Source: Escherichia coli (GTDB lineage Bacteria; Pseudomonadota; Gammaproteobacteria; Enterobacterales; Enterobacteriaceae). From it: a stretch of 64,000 nucleotides of DNA. A program made the position numbers and the translations under genes. The notes under the pieces are model-generated. The model was not told where the DNA came from. It was given only the letters and a program-made list of their open reading frames with translations, and made no database searches. The stretch is from NCBI RefSeq assembly GCF_045037415.1, contig NZ_CP173438.1; one strand, 5' to 3'. This document shows, piece after piece, positions 59,062 through 64,000 of this stretch. Position 1 is the first letter of the stretch. Each line of letters begins with the position of its first letter.

Positions 59062-59592
59062 TTACTGCACATCCTGCTCAAAAGGAATTATTGAAAAATC
59101 CTCAATGTCGCTTTTAATGGAAATACCGGGAATATTTTTCACGGCCTCTTTTTCATTCAGGATAGCGTCTTTATTTATTTCCTCTTTTACACGAATAAAG
59201 CGCTCAAGCCCCAGACGTCTCAGTAATTCAATAACATTATCCGCCCCACGGATACTGACTGATGGCGGACGGTTTCGCCACTGCACCTCGCCGGTGGTGA
59301 GGTTAGCGAACTTCACCTTCCCGTTGCCGGTCAGTTCATCACGGTGTGCCTCACACCATGTCTGAATACCGGACTGCAGTTCGGCCATGCGTTTTTTCAG
59401 GCTCTCGGTGAGCGGGGCATAACGTGCGGTGATATCGCCAATGGCGTCATTCATTTCTGTTTCAGCCCTGACCAGTTCACGTTGTGCGTCACCGAGTAGT
59501 CTGATTCCCTCAATGACCTCTTCACGTGTCCCCGGCACCCAGAGTGCTGCTGCGGCCTTGATACGTTTTGCACCTTTTGTACTTTTTGCCAT
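59062..59592 (-). CDS. gam: Gam-like host-nuclease inhibitor / DNA-end binding protein (Mu Gam family), 176 aa
   Basis: MAKSTKGAKRIKAAAALWVP...TEMNDAIGDIT...WCEAHRDELT...VSIRGADNVIELLRRLGLERFIRVKEEINKDAIL...FSIIPFEQD closely parallels Mu Gam as recalled. Confidence 0.85.
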   Translation of the reverse strand: MAKSTKGAKRIKAAAALWVPGTREEVIEGIRLLGDAQRELVRAETEMNDAIGDITARYAPLTESLKKRMAELQSGIQTWCEAHRDELTGNGKVKFANLTTGEVQWRNRPPSVSIRGADNVIELLRRLGLERFIRVKEEINKDAILNEKEAVKNIPGISIKSDIEDFSIIPFEQDVQ

Positions 59593-59619
59593 TTTTTATG
59601 ATTTCTCCAGTTGTGCTGA

Positions 59620-59889
59620 TTACCACAAAGATTCCGGCCACACGACGCGACAGCCGTGCAGTTCGAAAACGCCCTGACGGAAATATCCCCTGTGGTCATG
59701 TCCGGTATACAGATAACAGGCCTTTCCCTGCTCAAGCATGCGCATGCAATGCGCACTCCGGGAAACGCGGATGACAGGTTTGTTACCCCTGATGGTGATG
59801 CTTTGTACATCCGTGTTCGTCGCCTTAAGCGCCATAATGGCTGACTGCACTTTGCTGATTTGCTGGTTGATACCTGTGGTGGATTTCAT
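59620..59889 (-). CDS. Hypothetical phage protein, 89 aa
   Basis: ORF between the MuB-like gene and gam, where Mu carries kil; no motif recognised. Confidence 0.4.
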   Translation of the reverse strand: MKSTTGINQQISKVQSAIMALKATNTDVQSITIRGNKPVIRVSRSAHCMRMLEQGKACYLYTGHDHRGYFRQGVFELHGCRVVWPESLW

Positions 59890-59891
59890 TA

Positions 59892-61097
59892 TTAAACCCC
59901 TTTGACAACGTCAGCGTTGACCTGTGGAACCCCGATTTCAGCGGCCAGATTCATGGCGGCTATTACCAGGTTACTGACGGCCAGCGGATACAGCAGGCTG
60001 ACCATATTTTTACGGTGACTTCCCGGATTGCTCAGGCGGGCACGTATGGCATCCACTGCACCGGCGTCCATAATGTCCGTCAGCTGTTTACCGGCCCGTT
60101 GCAGTTTGAACGTCAGAAATTCTTCAAGGTTATTGTCCAGAGGCAGAAGTTCGACCACCTCACAGCGCTGAACGACTTCACGGACTTCCATATTGCGTTC
60201 AGACAGTTTTGTCGCCAGTTCCGGCTGGCCAATCAGCACGATGGACAGCAGTTTTTTGAAACCGGACTCCAGCTCAAAAAAGCGTTTGAGGTGTTTCAGT
60301 GTCGGAATGGGCAGACTGTGGGCCTCCTCAATCACCAGAACGTGGCTGAACCCCGCCTGGCTGCTGTCTTTCAGGACGCGATGCAACTGGCGAAAACGGG
60401 CGTCCTGACTGCGTCTGATGCTTTCCAGTGGTGCGATGGTACTGATAATGGCTTCGGCAATAGCTGCTGCCTTCAGGGTTTTCCCTTTCACATCGTTGTC
60501 TTCCATAGCGATGATGTATGGCTCGATAACAATTACCGGCGCATTCTCGCGGTTGATACGTTCAGTCAGGTCGCGGCGCAGCGTGGATTTACCCGCACCG
60601 GACTCACCGATGACGGCCATAAACCCACCATGACGGGCTGTCTGGTACAGCGCCTCACGCACGTAGCGAATGTCCGGGGTGGTGAACACATCATCAGAAC
60701 CCTGCATGGCTTCGTCGGCGAACGGGTCACGGAAAAGACCAAACGCTTTTTTGGTTGCTGGAAATAACACCTGTTTTTTGAGTAACATATTCTCTTCCTC
60801 ACTGAGGCTCGTTTTATCTGTGGTACCCGCTGTACGGGGCGTGGCCGCGCCCTGTACAGCATCAAAACTCTTCGTTGTATCAATCCCCTGACTTTCCAGC
60901 CAGGACGCAAGACGCCGGCGCACTTCTCCGGGGCTGGTGCGGGGCCACGCGTTATGATTCACAATCTGGGCCAGCGTGGCCTCAGAAACATCGACAGCTC
61001 TCGCCACCACCGCCTGTGGAATACGGGCCTCTTTCAGTTGCTGCTTCAGTACCAGCATGTTTCCCTCCTCAGTTGCCGTTAACAATGCTGATAACAC
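59892..61097 (-). CDS. MuB-like transposition ATPase (N-terminal HTH plus AAA+), up to 401 aa
   Basis: Walker A GESGAGKST, N-terminal Xre-like HTH (AVVARAVDVSEATLAQIV); immediately downstream of the transposase; start uncertain (the Met at 61058 would remove the overlap with the transposase gene). Confidence 0.8.
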   Translation of the reverse strand: MLSALLTATEEGNMLVLKQQLKEARIPQAVVARAVDVSEATLAQIVNHNAWPRTSPGEVRRRLASWLESQGIDTTKSFDAVQGAATPRTAGTTDKTSLSEEENMLLKKQVLFPATKKAFGLFRDPFADEAMQGSDDVFTTPDIRYVREALYQTARHGGFMAVIGESGAGKSTLRRDLTERINRENAPVIVIEPYIIAMEDNDVKGKTLKAAAIAEAIISTIAPLESIRRSQDARFRQLHRVLKDSSQAGFSHVLVIEEAHSLPIPTLKHLKRFFELESGFKKLLSIVLIGQPELATKLSERNMEVREVVQRCEVVELLPLDNNLEEFLTFKLQRAGKQLTDIMDAGAVDAIRARLSNPGSHRKNMVSLLYPLAVSNLVIAAMNLAAEIGVPQVNADVVKGV

Positions 61098-62838
61098 TGC
61101 TGCGGGCCGGTGTGGTCAGCGTGGCCATGACTTCATCCAGTGCGGCTTCCGGTACGCCGTCCGGGTACTGTGCCGTTAACTGGCGGTAATGTTCCGGCGT
61201 CCAGGTAAGGCCGTCGGCGCTGAACTTATCGCGCAGGGCTTTCGCGGCCTCCACATGAGTCATGGGACGTTGTTCAGTGCGCGGCCCGCGTACGTCAGAG
61301 GCCTGACCACGCTTCGGCATATAGGCCGGAAGTGTGGTGTCGTCGATATGTTTATACGGGTCAAGCCGCCCGCCGAACGGCAGCGCCTTCGCCTTGCGTG
61401 CGGCGGCTGCATCTGCGGCGTTGTCTGTACCGGTAACCAGCGCTTCGGTTTCTTTTGCCGCCATCTGTGCCGGGGTTTCCGGCAGGGCTTTGTAACTTTC
61501 GCCAAATACCGCCGCGCCTTCAGCAAAGCCAAACTCGTTCTTTCTGACCTCTTCGACCAGGAAGAACGTCTCGTGGCCGTCCTCACCGGTCAGAACCACC
61601 TGTGCCACATCGCTGCGCCATGGGTTACGGGTAATCATCAGTTTTTCACCAACCAGTACGCCCGGTACCGTTGATACGTCAAATTCAGTGCCCCGGAACG
61701 AGACACGAAGTTTTGGCGTGACTTTGCGGAGTTCTGGTGCCGCCACAGCCAGTTCACGACATACCTCAACGGAAGGCGCTTTTTTCAGCTGCTCAGCAGT
61801 AATCTTCAGCCAGATATCCGTGCGGGTTTTACCGTGGCGGCTGTGAACAGCCGTGGCGTTAAAGTGGCTGCGCCATTTCGCGGCCAGCGCGTTGAGTTCT
61901 TCCAGACTGTGAACCGGCCGGAACTTCAGACCCGGCTCCAGCTTGCGTTCGATAATGTCACGCGCCTTTTCCACCTGTCCGGTGGCGCGGGCGTTATGCG
62001 GCTTGTGCGCTATCAGGTCGATGCCCAGTGAGCGGCACATGTTTTTCGTCATACCCGCGGTGTTTGCCGAGCCGGGGTCGAGATAGAGTATTTTCGGCAC
62101 GCCGTGCAGCACGTCTGCGCCGCCACGCTCCTGCATGGCGTTGATAAGCACAGAACACAGGTTCTCACCTGATTCCGCGCCCGTCACATACTCAACGTAA
62201 ATCCAGCCGCTGGCATGGTCGGTAATCTCGTAACTCCACACGCGGTCACTGGCGATACGGGCAAGGTTAGCGGGCTTGTTCTTGTAGAACTTCGCGCTGT
62301 CCATCACCTGCAGCCCTTTATGTCCATTGCTCAGGTAGTAAAGCGTGCAGAGTGAGGCGTCAATCTGCCAGACATGATTGGGATGCAGACTGGCCACTTC
62401 GGTATGTGGTGCAGGGGCATCCAGTTGTTCCGGGTGCAGGCCATAGTTACGCAGAGCACGGCTGATGGCATCTTCAGACAACGGGAAAAACTCACTGGTG
62501 GTTTCATCTGTTCTGCCTGCGGTGATAAAGCCGTTAGCCCGCAGGGTTTCCACTGCATCTGCGATGGAATAGAGACGCTTACCGTTCTTGCGGGTGGCCT
62601 CACGCAGTGTGGCAGATATCAGCGCGGCTTCGTCGCGGGTCAGGGCGCTGCGCCCGGCATCGGCGCGTTTTTTGCGTTTATCAGTCACAGATACCTCCTT
62701 CAGCCTGCGCAGCAGAGTGGCGCGGGACATGCCAAGTTCAGCACAGGCAGCGTCGTATATTGCACCGCGTTTACCATGCCCCGCGTCACGTGCCGCGCGG
62801 GCTGTTTCAACCAGTTTTTCAGTCAGTGCCGGGGTCAT
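61069..62838 (-). CDS. DDE (rve/Mu-type) transposase, 589 aa
   Basis: N-terminal HTH; catalytic core with VWQIDAS ... YLDPGSANT ... ATGQVE arrangement. Confidence 0.85.
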   Translation of the reverse strand: MTPALTEKLVETARAARDAGHGKRGAIYDAACAELGMSRATLLRRLKEVSVTDKRKKRADAGRSALTRDEAALISATLREATRKNGKRLYSIADAVETLRANGFITAGRTDETTSEFFPLSEDAISRALRNYGLHPEQLDAPAPHTEVASLHPNHVWQIDASLCTLYYLSNGHKGLQVMDSAKFYKNKPANLARIASDRVWSYEITDHASGWIYVEYVTGAESGENLCSVLINAMQERGGADVLHGVPKILYLDPGSANTAGMTKNMCRSLGIDLIAHKPHNARATGQVEKARDIIERKLEPGLKFRPVHSLEELNALAAKWRSHFNATAVHSRHGKTRTDIWLKITAEQLKKAPSVEVCRELAVAAPELRKVTPKLRVSFRGTEFDVSTVPGVLVGEKLMITRNPWRSDVAQVVLTGEDGHETFFLVEEVRKNEFGFAEGAAVFGESYKALPETPAQMAAKETEALVTGTDNAADAAAARKAKALPFGGRLDPYKHIDDTTLPAYMPKRGQASDVRGPRTEQRPMTHVEAAKALRDKFSADGLTWTPEHYRQLTAQYPDGVPEAALDEVMATLTTPARSSVISIVNGN

Positions 62839-62853
62839 AGCTTGTCTTCCCTG

Positions 62854-63171
62854 TTATCCGATTCTGGCGGCAATTTTTCTGGCGAGGTCGCACAGTGTTT
62901 CGCCATCGCAGGTTTTCACCACGGTATTTACCGGTTGCGGTGCAACTACCGGGCGTAATGCTGACTGATTCTGCAGACGTCTTATCTGCTGCATCAGCAT
63001 CACCTCCATCGTCAGTACAAACGGGTGCGTCTCCTGTGCGGGTACGCAGATTTCACCGGAAGGGGTCACCACGCGGAAACCCTGCACCATCTCCGGCAGC
63101 AGATTACACAGTGCGTGCCCCAGTGCCTCCGGGCTGTCCATCAGGGTATTTTGTGTGTTATTCGTATTCAT
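62854..63171 (-). CDS. Hypothetical phage protein, 105 aa
   Basis: ORF immediately upstream of the transposase; start overlaps the stop of the upstream gene. Confidence 0.4.
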   Translation of the reverse strand: MNTNNTQNTLMDSPEALGHALCNLLPEMVQGFRVVTPSGEICVPAQETHPFVLTMEVMLMQQIRRLQNQSALRPVVAPQPVNTVVKTCDGETLCDLARKIAARIG

Positions 63172-64000
63172 TACTGCATATCCTCCGGTCGGTTGATTTC
63201 AGGTTCCGGTTCGGTCAGCCAGGCGGGGGCATCGTTACCCGATGGAGCGGCCTCAAGGTCAAACGTCTCACGTAATGCATGAACACTGCGTTCAATCTGG
63301 CAGACCAGACCGGCCATGAAATCTCTGGGGGTATCGATCATGTTTTTGGTGCAGTATTCACACAGGGTCTCAAAAACACTGGACAGCCGGACGGCGATAG
63401 CCGATTCGGCCTCAACCGCTAATGCCGTCACTTCCGCCCGCAATTTTTTCAGTTCTTCGTCTGGCGGCGGAGGTTGCAGGCGCGATTTCTTCTCCAGTTT
63501 TGTGGCCAGTTCGTTGATTTTTTCGTCCTTTCCGGCAAGCACCTGTTGCTGAGCTGCGTTGGTTTCGCGCGCTTCACGCAGGGCGGCCTTCAGTTCGCGG
63601 CTGGTCATGCGATCAATATCATCAAGCGTTGCACCGGCGACGGTTCCACCATCAGCTAATGCGTCGAGTTCTTCGTCATCCAGAACCATCAGTTCATATA
63701 ACTTGGTTTTTCCCAAAACGCTCAGCGCTGAGCGTTTTGGCTGTTCATCTCCATTGCCGAGAAATTTCACGCTGGCCTGCATCATGCGACGAGCTACCTG
63801 TGGTGCTAATCCGAGGTCGTTTTCCAGAATATTTGTGAAATCACCATGCGGTTCATTTTCTTTTAAGATGATCAGCCGCTTACCCGCTTCCAACATAGAT
63901 TCAGCACTCTGCGCCATATAAAAACGTGCTTCGTGAACGATGCGTTCACGTTCATAAGGCAGTCCATCACCAAACTGCTGCATGATCTCCATGCGATGCT
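63171..64000 (-). CDS. Hypothetical phage protein, at least 273 aa, probably 5'-truncated by the window edge
   Basis: Long ORF with coiled-coil-like C-terminal half; reading frame stays open to position 64000. Confidence 0.45.
   Translation of the reverse strand, partial: HRMEIMQQFGDGLPYERERIVHEARFYMAQSAESMLEAGKRLIILKENEPHGDFTNILENDLGLAPQVARRMMQASVKFLGNGDEQPKRSALSVLGKTKLYELMVLDDEELDALADGGTVAGATLDDIDRMTSRELKAALREARETNAAQQQVLAGKDEKINELATKLEKKSRLQPPPPDEELKKLRAEVTALAVEAESAIAVRLSSVFETLCEYCTKNMIDTPRDFMAGLVCQIERSVHALRETFDLEAAPSGNDAPAWLTEPEPEINRPEDMQ

Noticed and set aside
59892-62838. Alternative reading of the transposase plus ATPase pair as a Tn7-like (TnsB/TnsC) or Tn552/TniAB transposon
   Set aside because: The flanking Gam, GemA-like and Mor-like genes, the N-terminal HTH on the ATPase and the 5'-TG terminus favour a transposable phage; no TnsA/TniQ-like genes or site-specific recombinase are present in the window. 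Not fully excluded without the rest of the element.

Overview
No database search or computation was run; every call rests on reading the six-frame translations and the sequence, compared with protein families recalled from memory. The window is about 56 kb of Escherichia coli-type core chromosome followed by the early-gene end of a Mu-like transposable prophage. Positions 1-55886 are syntenic with E. coli K-12 yccS down to ycaL (b0960 to b0909), read in reverse orientation: yccS (5' partial), sxy, sulA, ompA, matP, ycbZ, fabA, rmf, pqiCBA, uup, rlmL, ycbX, zapC, pyrD, ssuEADCB, pepN, pncB, asnS, ompF, aspC, gloC, mepK, ldtD, mukBEF, cmoM, elyC, ycbJ, kdsB, ycaR, ycaQ, lpxK, msbA, ycaI, ihfB, rpsA, cmk, ycaL. 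All have K-12 lengths and look intact except ycaL. Two differences from the K-12 layout stand out: the elf/ycb fimbrial operon expected between pyrD and ssuE is missing, and from about 55887 to the window edge (about 8.1 kb) a foreign, minus-strand operon replaces the expected aroA neighbour of ycaL. That operon encodes a DDE transposase, a MuB-like AAA+ ATPase, a Gam homologue, a GemA-like protein and a Mor-like activator, with several small unassigned ORFs between them. The junction appears to sit inside the ycaL start codon. The most likely place for anything undescribed is the cluster of small ORFs between the MuB-like gene and the mor-like gene (MazG-like, zinc-ribbon, DUF2786-like, small membrane proteins), but I cannot assign them a function from sequence alone. 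No rRNA, tRNA, CRISPR array or IS element was recognised. Coordinates taken from the ORF track are reliable; coordinates I derived by counting bases (rmf, regulatory sites, terminators, prophage end) may be off by 1-2 bp.
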